Assembly: GCA_035606645.1 (NCBI GenBank)
Contig: DATNEZ010000104.1
Location: 1-38,667 of the forward strand
Reading direction: 5' to 3'
Origin: Candidatus Binatia bacterium
Lineage (GTDB): Bacteria; Acidobacteriota; Polarisedimenticolia; Gp22-AA2
DNA: 38,667 nucleotides
This document shows positions 37,559 through 38,667 of this stretch, one piece after another. The notes below the pieces were generated by a model, which worked only from the letters and a program-made list of their open reading frames with translations, was not told the DNA's origin and made no database searches. How positions within the stretch are numbered: the first letter of the stretch is position 1; each line of letters starts with the position of its first letter. Made by a program: the position numbers and the translations under genes.

Positions 37559-38667
<1,109 letters not shown>

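Overview
This window is a GC-rich (roughly two-thirds G+C by eye) bacterial chromosomal segment covering the replication-origin neighbourhood. It is almost entirely housekeeping.

Gene order:
- Minus strand: atpH-atpA-atpG-(bPH/zinc-ribbon membrane protein)-atpD-atpC
- Plus strand: REC/HD-GYP response regulator
- Minus strand: bactofilin-parB-parA, then two parS sites, then rsmG
- Plus strand: secreted hypothetical protein
- Minus strand: mnmG-mnmE-jag-yidC-yidD-rnpA-rpmH
- Divergent rpmH and dnaA promoters
- Plus strand: dnaA-(DnaA-box cluster)-dnaN-gyrB-gyrA-tal-acyl-CoA carboxylase (CT, BC, BCCP)
- Minus strand: hup
- Plus strand: glycerate kinase
- Minus strand: ubiA-ubiX-PilZ
- Plus strand: larB, then rpsU-dnaG-rpoD (rpoD is cut by the window end)

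Coding-strand polarity flips at rpmH/dnaA: 17 of 19 CDS to the left are on the minus strand and 13 of 17 to the right are on the plus strand. This fits an origin at about 17.3-19.5 kb.

I see no rRNA, tRNA, CRISPR array, transposase, integrase or recognisable defence genes. I do not see a convincing novel multi-gene system. Most very long ORFs in the supplied track are antisense or off-frame GC artefacts with Arg/Pro/Gly/Ala-rich translations, and I rejected them.

The most unusual things I can actually see are:
1. The two perfect parS palindromes sit at the tips of a 188-bp imperfect palindrome.
2. A 24-nt AT-rich element (21/24 identical, IHF-like core) is embedded in two unrelated CDSs flanking the parS locus.
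3. A bPH-domain/zinc-ribbon membrane protein gene is wedged between atpG and atpD.
4. A PilZ gene heads a ubiX-ubiA operon.
5. rpsU, dnaA and gyrB have long structured leaders.

All coordinates and motifs were read by eye. No database search was run.
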